This document shows positions 1 through 11,835 of a DNA stretch of 64,000 nt, piece after piece. A program made the position numbers and the translations under genes. Origin of the DNA: Eledone cirrhosa (Eukaryota); NCBI GenBank assembly GCA_964016885.1, contig OZ024740.1:5890001-5954000 (forward strand), written 5' to 3'. Each line of letters starts with the position of its first letter. Positions within the stretch are counted from its first letter, which is position 1. Under the pieces are notes generated by a model. That model worked only from the letters and a program-made list of their open reading frames with translations. It was not told the DNA's origin and ran no database searches.

Positions 1-110
1 ACAACAGCAACAACAACAATAACAACAGCAACAATAACAACAACAACAGCAACAACAACAATAACAACAGCAACAATAACAACAGCAACAACAACAATAA
101 CAACAACAAA
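1..110. repeat. (CAA)n-type microsatellite
   Basis: acaacagcaacaacaacaataac... Confidence 0.9.
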
Positions 111-614
111 CAGCTAACACAGTCACTTTTTGTGTTTATGGAATGTGGAGCCAGATCTGACGTGACTAAATGAATGTTGAACAACAACAGCCACAACATC
201 ACCAACAATAGCAACTACAACTACAACAACATCAACAGCAACAACAACAATTACAATAACAATGACAAATGAAATAGCAAAATGTTATTAAATTAGATTA
301 AAAAATTAGAAAAATATTTTATTTAAAACTAGATATAAAAATGTTAAAACTCATCGCTAGAACAGTCGTTAAAATAGCTAAATACTGTCAAAGACAGTGA
401 TGGGCAAACATTACTGAGAGGACAGAGACCATCTGCCTGTCACCCACCCTGTAGATCTGTTGACCACTGGCTGCTGGTCTCTGTCCTCTCAGACATTTAA
501 CTGTTTTATTGGTTGTTCTAGTGATGAGTTTTTCCCATTTTTATGTATTCAAAGACACCCTCACTTTGTCTCAGAGAGAACATTGATTTATTTTGTTTAA
601 ACATTTTACCAACC

Positions 615-2030
615 ATCAGATATCTCACAGATGTAATGTAGTTGTATATACACAGATGTCTCACAGATGTAATGTAGTTGTATATACACAGATTCCTCAC
701 AGATGTAATGTAGTTGTATATACACAGATTTCTCACAGATGTGATGTAGCTGTATATTCACAGATATCTCACAGATGTGATGTAGCTGTATACTCACAGA
801 TATCTCACAGATGTGATGTAGCTGTATATTCACAGATATCTCACAGATGTGATGTAGCTGTATACTCACAGATATCTCACAGATGTGATGTAGCTGTATA
901 CTCACAGATATCTCACAGATGTGATGTAGCTGTATATTCACAGATATCTCACAGATGTGATGTAGTTGTATATACAGAGATGTCTCACAGATGTGATGTA
1001 GCTGTATACTCACAGATATCTCACAGATGTGATGTAGCTGTATATTCACAGATATCTCACAGATGTGATGTAGCTGTATACTCACAGATATCTCACAGAT
1101 GTGATGTAGCTGTATACTCACAGATATCTCACAGATGTGATGTAGCTGTATATTCACAGATATCTCACAGATGTGATGTAGTTGTATATACAGAGATGTC
1201 TCACAGATGTGATGTAGCTGTATACTCACAGATATCTCACAGATGTGATGTAGTTGTATATACACAGATTTCTCACAGATGTGATGTAGCTGTATATTCA
1301 CAGATATCTCACAGATGTGATGTAGTTGTATATACAGAGATGTCTCACAGATGTGATGTAGCTGTATATTCACAGATATCTCACAGATGTGATGTAGTTG
1401 TATATACAGAGATGTCTCACAGATGTGATGTAGCTGTATACTCACAGATATCTCACAGATGTGATGTAGTTGTATATACACAGATTTCTCACAGATGTGA
1501 TGTAGCTGTATATTCACAGATATCTCACAGATGTGATGTAGTTGTATATACAGAGATGTCTCACAGATGTGATGTAGCTGTATATTCACAGATATCTCAC
1601 AGATGTGATGTAGTTGTATATACAGAGATGTCTCACAGATGTGATGTAGCTGTATATTCACAGATATCTCACAGATGTGATGTAGTTGTATATACAGAGA
1701 TGTCTCACAGATGTGATGTAGCTGTATACTCACAGATGTCTCACAGATGTGATGTAGTTGTATATACAGAGATGTCTCACAGATGTGATGTAGCTGTATA
1801 CTCACAGATGTCTCACAGATGTGATGTAGTTGTATATACACAGATTTCTAACAGATGTGATGTAGCTGTATATTCACAGATATCTCACAGATGTAACGTA
1901 GTTGTATATTCACAGATATCTCACAGATGTAACATAGCTGTATATACAGAGATGTCTCACATGTGTGATGTAGCTGTATACTCACAGATATCTCATAGAT
2001 GTCTCACAGATGTCATGAGACTGGATACAC
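615..2030. repeat. 36-bp minisatellite, ~39 units
   Basis: Unit tctcacagatgtgatgtag(c/t)tgtata(t/c)tcacagata, giving the 12-aa periodic ORFs; degenerate copies continue to ~2160 and at 2960-3130. Confidence 0.95.
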
Positions 2031-2159
2031 AGAGTTGAGATTTTATATACACAATTATCTTTCAGATGTGATGAGACAGGATATACAAAGGTGTCTTACA
2101 GATGTCATGAGACTGGATTCATACTGATATCTTACAACTATGGCAAAACTGATTACACA

Positions 2160-2960
2160 CAGGTGAAACTCTATATACACAGATGAGACTGTATATACAC
2201 AGATAAAACTCTATATACACAGATGAGACTGTACATACACAGATAAAACTCTATATACACAGATGAGACTGTACATACACAGATAAAACTCTATATACAC
2301 AGATGAGACTGTATATACACATATAAAACTCTATATACACAGATGAGACTGTACATACACAGATAAAACTCTATATACACAGATGAGACTGTATATACAC
2401 AGATAAAACTCTATATACACAGATGAGACTGTACATACACAGATAAAACTCTATATACACAGATGAGACTGTACATACACAGATAAAACTCTATATACAC
2501 AGATGAGACTGTATATACACAGATAAAACTCTATATACACAGATGAGACTGTATATACACAGATAAAACTCTATATACACAGATGAGACTGTATATACAC
2601 AGATAAAACTCTATATACACAGATGAGACAGTACATACACAGATAAAACTCTATATACACCGATGAGACTGTATATACACAGATAAAACTCTATATACAC
2701 AGATGAGACTGTATATACACAGATAAAACTCTATATACACAGATGAGACTGTACATACACAGATAAAACTCTATATACACAGATGAGACTGTATATACAC
2801 AGATAAAACTCTATATACACAGATGAGACTGTACATACACAGATAAAACTCTATATACACAGATGAGACTGTACATACACAGATAAAACTCTATATACAC
2901 AGATGAGACTGTATATACACCGATAAAACTCTATATACACAGATGAGACTGTATATACGC
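2160..2960. repeat. 40-bp minisatellite made of two alternating 20-mers, ~20 units
   Basis: agatgagactgta(t/c)atacac + agataaaactctatatacac. Confidence 0.95.
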
Positions 2961-3240
2961 AGATAGCTTCCAGATATAATGTGACTGGATATTCACAAAT
3001 GTCTTACAGATGTAATAAAGCTACATATACAGAGATACCTCACAGATGGAATGCGATTGAATATACACAGATGTCGCCCAGATGTAATGAGTCAGAATAC
3101 ATACAGATGTCACATAGATGTCATGAAACTGAGTAAAAGAAGGTATGTCTTAAACAGACAAAATATTAAATTGATCCTCTGTCATTCAATTATAATGTAA
3201 GCAGATGAGTAAATATTCCACAGGCACATGTACATTAACC

Positions 3241-3762
3241 TGTTGACTGCTGTGTATATTTTACACAGCTACAGTTGCTGTGTTGACTGCTGTGTATATT
3301 TTACACAGCTACAGTTGCTGTGTTGACTGCCATGTATATTTTACACAGCTAGAGTTGCTGTGTTGACTGCCGTGTATATTTTACACAGCTACAGTTGCTG
3401 TGTTGACTGCCGTGTATATTTTACACAGCTACAGTTGCTGTGTTGACTGCTGTGTATATTTTACACAGCTACAGTTGCTGTGTTGACTGCCATGTATATT
3501 TTACACAGCTACAGTTGCTGTGTTGACTGCCATGTATATTTTACACAGCTACAGTTGCTGTGTTGACTGCTGTGTATATTATACACAGCTACAGTTGCTG
3601 TGTTGACTGCTGTGTATATTTTACACAGCTACAGTTGCTGTGTTGACTGCCATGTATATTTTACATAGCTACAGTTGCTGTGTTGACTGCTGTGTATATT
3701 TTACACAGCTACAGTTGCTGTGTTGACTGCCATGTATATTTTACACAGCTACAGTTGCTGTG
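3241..3762. repeat. 40-bp minisatellite with internal hairpin, 13 units
   Basis: tgttgactgctgtgtatattttacacagctacagttgctg; gctgtgta/tacacagc is inverted within the unit. Confidence 0.95.
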
Positions 3763-4191
3763 CCAGGTTTCTTTTCAGTAAAATTACTATTTTTTAAATC
3801 AAACATTTATTAACAACACATATCTGAGTGATTGACAAATGTCACATCAATAGACTAGTAACTCCATCTAGCTTTGAAGTTATCAACTGTTGGAAAAGAG
3901 TTCAAACATGTTAGGACAAGTTATCTTGTCTACGGCACTGAAGATTTGAATGCAATACTTGGTTAAAATAACAACTACAGACTTCATAAACTGGTGTGCA
4001 CATACCGTGTGTGTCTGTGCATGTATGAAAAATACGAGAATCATGAGCCAGTTTCTGAATACATATGGCTCTTATGAATTCATACCTCATTAGTTCTGGG
4101 AGTTCACTGGAGTTTTATAGGCAACCTGTGTTTACACTAGATTTACTGCAACTAATTCAAGATAAGCTTACTATTTATGGGTCATTATTAA

Positions 4192-4485
4192 CTTTACCTT
4201 TCATCCTTACGGGATCGATAAAATAAAGTACCAGTAATACACTGGGTATTTGCTGGCCTTGTGCTTAACGTAGAAACAATTATTAAGATGAAGAATAGGG
4301 TGATGGATTGGCAGTATCGGTAGAGGGTTGGACGCCATGCTTTGCAGCAAAGAGTTACGACCCTTTATGGTCTGAGTTCAAATGCCGCTGAGGTAACTTT
4401 GCCTTTCATCCTTACGGGGTCGATAAAATAAAGTACCAGTAATACACTTGTGCCGAAAGTAGAAACAAATATTAAGATGAAGAAT
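4192..4485 (+). mobile_element. Two adjacent copies (one 5'-truncated, one near full) of a tRNA-derived SINE
   Basis: B-box-like gagttcaaatgcc; core actttgcctttcatccttacggggtcgataaaataaagtaccagtaat; tail gtagaaacaa. The second copy (~4298-4469) is bracketed by the direct repeat tattaagatgaagaat (TSD-like). Confidence 0.8.
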
Positions 4486-4750
4486 TTTAAATTAGAATAT
4501 AAAATCTAAAAGAGATGCTAGAAAGTATTTTATCTGATGCTCTAACAAATTCACTAATCTACTGTCCTGGATTGCTATTTTATTTATCTCATACGGGTGA
4601 TAGGGAAAGTTGACCCAGCAAAACATGAAATTGAGCGTCCAGAAAACAGGGAGAAATACTATAACACCATTTTATCTAGTCCTCTAACAATTCTGCCAAT
4701 TGACCCCCTTCTGTGTGTGTGTGTGTGTGTATACACATACATACAAGTGA

Positions 4751-4842
<92 letters not shown>

Positions 4843-4870
4843 TTTGCTTAAACTTTAATCTGTTATTTTA

Positions 4871-4908
<38 letters not shown>

Positions 4909-5157
4909 GGATAAATGAAACGTAATTTCATTTCTCACTCTTAGTACGGCTGTTACTTAAATATAAGTATATATACGTACATACATATATGTATACAGAC
5001 GTACAGTATTATGTATATATATACATACATGCACACATATATATATGTACGTATGGGTTTACCGAACATTTATTATAATGCTCAGTTTGTTTGTAAACAA
5101 ACAGCCCGAATTAAGCCGTACAGTGTTTAGCAACCATCGTTGCCCTTTTGTTCAACA

Positions 5158-5226
5158 CTGACAAAGGAACGATGTACTAGTTTCAAGCTTATTAGCTATC
5201 ATCAGCAACGTATACCTTCCTGCCAG
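5158..5226 (-). ncRNA. Type I minimal hammerhead ribozyme motif, inverted copy
   Basis: Minus strand reads ctggcaggaaggtatacgttg-CTGATGA-t-agct-aata-agct-t-GAAAC-ta-GTA-catcgttcctttgtcag. It differs from the + copy at the free core position N7 (U vs C) and has one stem I mismatch. Confidence 0.72.
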
Positions 5227-5518
5227 ATGATTGAACGTCTGAAAGTATATACTTTCCTTATGCATATTAACGGCTGAGCTGTCTTATTTGCATATCGAGT
5301 GAGTTAGTCGGCCGGGTGCACCGAAAACGATAAATGGATAAATGAAACAAAATTTCATTTCTCACTCTTAGTACAGCTGTTACTTAAATATAAGTATATA
5401 TACGTACATACATATATGTATACAGACGTACAGTATTATGTATATATATATACATACATTCATTCCTTTGTCAGTTAATATGCATAAGGAAAGTATATAC
5501 TTTCAGACGTTCAATCAT

Positions 5519-5587
5519 CTGGCAAGAAGGTATTCGATGCTGACGATAGCTAATAAGCTTGAAACTAGTACATCGTTCCTTTGTCAG
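5519..5587 (+). ncRNA. Type I minimal hammerhead ribozyme motif (canonical core)
   Basis: Stem I CGAUG(5535-5539)/CAUCG(5571-5575); core CUGACGA (5540-5546); stem II AGCU-AAUA-AGCU framed by U/U; GAAA (5561-5564); stem III AC-UA-GU (palindrome ACUAGU); cleavage triplet GUA (cut after 5570). Distal stem I extension 5519-5530 pairs with 5578-5587. Confidence 0.8.
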
Positions 5588-5970
5588 TGTTGAACAAAAG
5601 GGCAACGATGGTTGCTAAACACTGTACGGCTTAATTCGGGCTGTTTGTTTACAAACAAACCGAGCATGATAATAAATGTTCGGTAAACCCATACGTACAT
5701 ATATATATATGTGTGTGCATGTATGTATATATATACGTAATACTGTACGTCTGTATACATATATGTATGTACGTATATATACTTATATATATATACATAT
5801 ATATGTATAGAAATAATTTCTATAAGACTATGATTTCATATGAATGAAACAGTTCTAGTCATGTAGAAATTGTGTCTATACATAATAAAGATGCCTATGC
5901 TCTATGAATGTATTGAGTACCTTTTTTAACTGTGATTACTCTCTGACACAACTCTGGAACCTACATATTA

Positions 5971-6079
<109 letters not shown>

Positions 6080-6084
6080 GTCCG

Positions 6085-6145
6085 TCTAACCCATGCTAGC
6101 ATGGAAAATGGATGTTAAGCGATGATGATGATGATAATGATGATG
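6085..6145 (+). mobile_element. Isolated 3' tail of the same retroposon family after (GT)n
   Basis: tctaacccatgctagcatggaaaatggatgttaagcgatgatgatgatga. Confidence 0.65.
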
Positions 6146-7315
6146 TATATATACATATACACACATTCACATTTACATAATTCAGTTGTCAGACAAGATA
6201 TATAAGATAGTTTTCAGTTTGTTGAGAAACAAATTTTAAGTTTCATTTCTGTTGAATGTATTTGTTTAATGCATCAGTGTAAAATAATGCAGTTTTGTGC
6301 ACCAGTCTGCATACTAATATACATCTATATATGCAGTGTGTCAGATATGTCTAGTGGTTGCTATTTCTGTTTGTAATATCTGTCAGAAACCTTTCTAGGA
6401 GAACAGTTAAAACAAAATACAAACCACCAATAGAAAAAAAATTCCCTTAAAATATGTAGTTTTGCTGATGAGATGAAAGTTTTTTGGGGGTTATATTGGT
6501 GGGTTCTTGGTGGCTGAGGTGAGAGGATATTGTATTGGTAAGTACTGTAAAGTATGAAGTATGATTAAATTGAAGAAACATGATGGCCTGCTTTCAATAT
6601 CTAGTGTCTACCACATTACAGAGTGGACTGGGTGCTTTTTGTCACAGCATCAACACCACAGCCTCACAGTGGGTGTTTTTCATTGACATCAACACTGGTG
6701 AGACATGTCTCTACTCCTTTTCACTGCCTCTACTCCACTCCATAAGAAATGTCTAGTGAAGGAGGAGGACTTGAAGAGAGTTGTATCTGGTGGTATATTG
6801 AGGTGGACCTGGCTTTCCATGTTAGCATGGGTTGGACAAGGAAAGTAAATCAAGGATGTGGGATGGAAGTAGGGAACACATCCTTCTTCCATATTGACTG
6901 GAGCTGGAGAAGGGGTATGAATTAGGAAAGGGGAAGAGTGGGAGGTAAAGGACAGTGGGTGGGGGGTACAACATACAAAATGAAGAAACAGGGTAACAAC
7001 AACAACAACAAGATCTAAGGTGACCCTCATTGAGAATATTAGTTTAATGCTCAGGAAATGTGAAAAGAAAAATCAGTAGAAAACGTTTTGGGTTTTACCC
7101 TTCTTTGGAAGTAAGAACATGTACACACAGCAAATTGTAGGCCAGGTCTACATGGTAATAAGACACACACTTTATGTACACATATAAATACATTGCTACA
7201 CATTCATATCTGCAAATACACACATGTGGCTATGTTGAAATAAATACATGTAGACACATATGAACATACTGTCAGCCAGGCAGGCAGGTGTAAACACATG
7301 TGGCAGACAAATATA

Positions 7316-7376
<61 letters not shown>

Positions 7377-7829
7377 AGTGTGTGATTGTGAGTGTGTGTA
7401 TATGTATGTGTGTGAGTGTGTATGTGTATGTGTGTGTGAGTGTGTGTGTGAGTGTGTGTGTGAGTGTATGAGTATGAGTGTGTGTGTTTGTGTGAGTGTA
7501 TGAGTAAGAGTGTTTGTGTGAGTGTGTTTGTGTATGTGTGAGTGTGTGTGAGTGTATGAGTATGAGAGTGTGTGTTTGTGTGAATGTGTGTATCAAGGTT
7601 AAAGAAACTGGAGTTCAGTCCTGGAGGAAAGAAAGTTTGCAGAGCAAACATGAATTGTTGTTCACGGCTTAGCTTCAGATGATGTCAATCATGACAGTTT
7701 TAAACTTCAGTGTCGTGTTTATTTCCTTTTGTACGTAGGTAATTGAACAAGGAATTGTAATTAATAAATTTCTATTTCGACACAATGAAGTACAATAAAC
7801 TGTTGAACTGAAGTAAGCATGTAATAAGT

Positions 7830-7960
7830 GGTTCTACTTTTGGCACAAGGCCAGCAATTATCCCAGTGCATTACTGGTACTTTATTTTACTGACCCTGTA
7901 ATAATTGTTTCTACTTTTGTTTGGCACAAGGCCAGCAATTACCCAGTGCATTATTGGTAC
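7830..7960 (-). mobile_element. Two 3' fragments of the same SINE, reverse orientation
   Basis: ttctacttt(...)ggcacaaggccagcaatta(t)cccagtgcatta(c/t)tggtac is the reverse complement of the SINE 3' half. Confidence 0.7.
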
Positions 7961-8067
7961 CGCTCTTAAGCATGTAATAATAATTCTGTGGCCAAAACAC
8001 ACTCAATATCTCTCCATAAGTATATCTCCTATAATATAATTATGTACGATTTCTTTCCTCATTACAG

Positions 8068-8229
8068 TCTGATGTCTGAGAAGCCAAGAGGAACATATGA
8101 AGCCGAGGTATCGGTAGTTGAAATCTACAACAATGACATACGGGATCTCCTTAGTAAGGACTTCAGGATCAAACATGACTTGGTCACTTGTCCAGATGGA
8201 TCACTCAGTCTTCCTACTGTCACATTCAG
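8068..8229 (+). CDS. Internal exon of a kinesin motor-domain gene (kinesin-14 family, most similar to KIF25-like proteins)
   Basis: Translates (x)LMSEKPRGTYEAEVSVVEIYNNDIRDLLSKDFRIKHDLVTCPDGSLSLPTVTF(R), containing the kinesin V-S-x-x-E-I-Y-N-x-x-I-x-D-L-L motif; the YNNDI variant is what I recall for KIF25. Flanked by the polypyrimidine acceptor tttctttcctcattacAG (AG 8066-8067) and donor GTTAGT (8230-8235). 162 bp, phase 2-2. Confidence 0.88.
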
Positions 8230-8486
8230 GTTAGTTCTAACATTATTATAAAAACTACCTTCCATCCCTGCCCAACCAGCATTAATATCAACTCCACCCT
8301 CCACCAAGCACCAGTACCACCAACTTCCCCTCCACCAACCACCAACCACCAGTACCAGTAAGATACCAGCAAATAAGGAAGCCTCAAACACAGCATTTCT
8401 CAACCTTTTTACTCTTGTGGAACTCTTGAAATAGTTTCCTTGAAATGTCTCAGAGAACCATAAATATTATTATATACCATTATATA

Positions 8487-9147
8487 TGGATTGGTAGTAT
8501 CGGTAGAGGGTCGGACGTCATGCTTCCCAGCATAGTTACGTCCCTTTACGATCTGAGTACAAATCCCGCCGAGGTTGACTTTGCCTTTCATCCTTATGGG
8601 GTCGATAAAATAAAGTACCAGTAATGCACTGGGTAATTGCTGGCCTTGTGCCTAAAGTAGAAACAATTATATACCATTATTATATACCATTATGTCGGAC
8701 ACCATGCTTTGACGCATAGAGTTACGGCCCTTGCCATTCTGAGTTCAAATCCCGCTGAGGTTAACTTTGCCTTTCATCCTTACGGAGTCGATAAAATACA
8801 GTACCAGTAATGCACTGGGTAATTGCTGGCCTTGTGCCTAAAGTAGAAACAATTATATACCATTATACACCACTATTATATACCATTATATGCCACTATA
8901 TACCACTATTATATACAATTATATACCATTATATACTATTATATAATGGTATATAATAGGGCGGTGGATTGGCAGTATCGGTAGAAGGTCGGACGCTATG
9001 TTTTCCAGCATAGTTACGTCCCTTTACGATCTGAGTTCAAATCCCGCCGAGGTTGACTTTGCCTTTCATCCTTACGGGGTCGATAAAATAAAGTACCAGT
9101 AATGCACTGGGTAATTGCTGGCCTTGTGCCTAAAGTAGAAACAATTA
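8487..9147 (+). mobile_element. Three SINE copies in tandem (~8487-8670, ~8694-8855, ~8960-9147) separated by tataccattat repeats
   Basis: The two fuller copies start tggattgg(c/t)agtatcggtaga (A-box-like); all three carry gagt(t/a)caaatcccgc (B-box-like), the gcctttcatcctta..gg..tcgataaaata core and the gtagaaacaattat end. Confidence 0.85.
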
Positions 9148-9464
9148 TATACTATTATATACCACTATTATATACCATTATATACTATTATATACCACTA
9201 TTATATACCATGATATACCACTATTATATACCTTTATATACCACTATTATATACCTTTATATACCACTATTATATACCATTATATACCACTATTATATAC
9301 CATAATATACCACCATTAATATCCCTCTTTTACAGTTTCTAAACTTTATTGTAATAACGAAGGTGTCTCCAACAATATATCGGACGTGTTTAGTAAAATT
9401 AGGAATAGAAAGTTAAACAAAAATTAGGTAGAAATGTATTAGCTTATTTATAACTGTTTCTTGT

Positions 9465-9712
9465 GGAATCCCTAGCAACCTCTTGTGGAACCCCTAGCAA
9501 CTCTTGCAGAACCCCTAGCAACCTCTTGTGTAACCCCTAGCAAATCTTGCAGAATCCCTAGCAACCTCTTGCGTAACCCCTAGCAACTCTTGCTGAATCC
9601 CTAGCAACCCCTTGCGTAACCCCTAGCAACTCTTGCAGAAGCCCTAGCAACCACTTGCAGACCACCTAGCAACCGCTTGTGGAACCCCTAGCAACCTCTT
9701 GTGGAACCCTAG
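9465..9712. repeat. 21-22-bp subterminal tandem repeat of the MITE
   Basis: ccctagcaacctcttg(t/c)ggaa, ~11 copies. Confidence 0.9.
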
Positions 9713-9789
9713 GGTTCCAAGGGAGACCAGTTGAGAAATGCTGCTTTATATTGTAGAGAATAACTTGGGGTTACTCTCCCCCTATCTCT

Positions 9790-10150
9790 CTATAACTACC
9801 TCTCTCAATATATCACTTCCCTTCTCTCTATATACCTACCTCTCTCACTGTATCACTCCCCCTCTCTCTATATACCTACCTCTCTCACTGTATCACTCCC
9901 CCTCTCTCTATATACGTACCTCTCTCACTATATCACCTCCCCTCTCTCTATATACCTACCTCTCTCACTATATCACTCTCCCTCTCTCTATATACCTACC
10001 TCTCTCACTATATCACTCTCCCTCTCTCTATATACCTACCTCTCTCACTATATCACTCTCCCTCTCTCTATATACCTACCCCTCTCACTATATCACTCCC
10101 CCTCTCTCTATATACCTACCCCTCTCACTGTATCACTCTCCCTCTCTCTC
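9790..10150. repeat. 40-bp pyrimidine-rich minisatellite, ~9 units
   Basis: tctctcactatatcactctccctctctctatatacctacc. Confidence 0.9.
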
Positions 10151-10485
10151 GTTACCTCTATTTATGTAATTAACAAACAATTAACAATTAACCATGCCAA
10201 CATCTTTCTTCCATTGAACACACTGTAATATTTCTTTCAGATATGCACCTCTCTCTTTCCTTCTCTCTCTCTTTTTCACTCTCTCTCTTTCCCACTCTCT
10301 CTCTCTTTCCTTCTCCCTCTCTTTCCTTCTCTCTCTCTTTCGCACTCTCTCTCTTTCCTTCTCTCACTCTTTCTCCTTTTCTTTCATTCTCTCACTCTCC
10401 CTTTCTTACTTTTTTTAAACTCACTCCCTTTCTTTTCCCCCTCCTTTCTTCCTTCCTCACCCTACCCCTCACTTTCTCATCTCTC

Positions 10486-10553
<68 letters not shown>

Positions 10554-10661
10554 GTTTTATTAATGTAATTAGAGAACACATTATACCAACATGACAATAG
10601 TTTACTGCCATGCTGACAACATTTCACAATAAATTTTTCATCTAATTTTTATCATTCTCTC

Positions 10662-11025
10662 TGTGTATGTAAGTGTATGTAATTGTATGTAAGTGTATGT
10701 AAGTGTATGTAAGTGTATGTGAGTGTATGTGAGTGTATGTAAGTGTATGTAAGTGTATGTAAGTGTGAGTGAGTGTATGTGAGTGTATGTAAGTGTATGT
10801 GAGTGTATGTAAGTGTATGTAAGTGTATGTAAGTGTATGCGAGTGTATGTGAGTGTGTGTAAGTGTATGTAAGTGTATGTACGTGTATGTACGTGTATGT
10901 GAGTGTATGTAAGTGCATGTAACTGTATGTACGTGTATGTGAGTGTGTGTAAGTGTATGTAAGTGTATGTAAGTGTATGTGAGTGTATGTGAGTGTATGT
11001 AAGTGTATGTAAGTGTATGTGAGTG
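10662..11025. repeat. 10-bp minisatellite
   Basis: (a/g)agtgtatgt tandem. Confidence 0.9.
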
Positions 11026-11835
11026 TTCCTCTATTGGATTCTGTATGTGTTTCTTTGTATGTGTGTGTTGTCATACCAATGTGTGTATTGATGTGTACAC
11101 ACACTACACACGCATGTGTATATATATATGTTTCTTTGTATGTGTATGTTTAAGTGTACACACACTACACACGTGTATATGCATACATATATGTACATCA
11201 TCATCATTTTACGATATATGTATATATATATATATATGTAAGCAAGAAAGTGTTGGTAAAACCCAGTACTTCAGTATGCAGATAGGGAGCACTCAACGAA
11301 GATATAAGTTCCGGAGTTATAATAGTGACGAAATATAAGTCAATTGCATGAACTCATAATCCTTTATTTACTGCTATATATAAGTCAACCAACATAAGTC
11401 TTTTTATATGTAAACTTTCTAAGTATTCTACTCTAACCATAATTTTCAGTACTACCACATGAATTCCTCAATTTAAGAATGGCCTGTAGTATCGAATTTC
11501 ATACTATAAACCTCAATTGAATATATATCTGACCAGGAATGCTTTTGTGAAAATCAGTCATATGGAACTATTGTCATCTTGCCTGACGGTTTGAACTTTA
11601 CAACATCACCTACCTCTTTGAGGTCAAATACCAACCCTACTAGCATCAACAAACTGACCAATGAAAATTAAGATTATTCCTGCTGACAACATTAAATTAT
11701 CATTAACAAGCTCATATGTCCCAAGGCTCTGAAACCATCAACACCAAAAACACAGAGCTGGCATATCTAACAACTGACTAACTGCCTGATGAGGTCATAG
11801 CCATTCAATGGCTATCATTGAAATATATATAGAAT

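Larger units (their letters stand above)
4903..5788. mobile_element. Fold-back plus partial tandem element carrying hammerheads (Penelope-like pLTR or retrozyme-like insertion)
   Basis: Inverted arms 4961-5271 and 5474-5788 (~310 bp, few mismatches). 5330-5459 is a direct copy of 4903-5030 (period 427 bp). Both ends abut (TA)n. Confidence 0.6.
8391..9743. mobile_element. hAT-like non-autonomous DNA transposon (MITE) with nested SINEs and internal tandem repeats
   Basis: Perfect 14-bp TIRs CAGCATTTCTCAAC (8391-8404) / GTTGAGAAATGCTG (9730-9743). The subterminal motif ctcttgtggaac occurs near both ends. No clear 8-bp TSD (ctcaaaca vs ctttatat). Confidence 0.65.

Noticed and set aside
593-2038. 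481-aa and 411-aa ORFs
   Set aside because: Translations of a 36-bp tandem repeat that is open on both strands; no domain and no convincing splice context.
5224-5257. Additional hammerhead at cagatga...gaaagtatatactttc
   Set aside because: The core is CAGAUGA and neither stem I nor stem II can be formed; only a 16-bp palindrome is real.
6689-7030. 113-aa minus-strand ORF with a hydrophobic N-terminus
   Set aside because: The hydrophobic run comes from (caa)n and the region includes decayed retroposon-tail sequence; no homology recognised.
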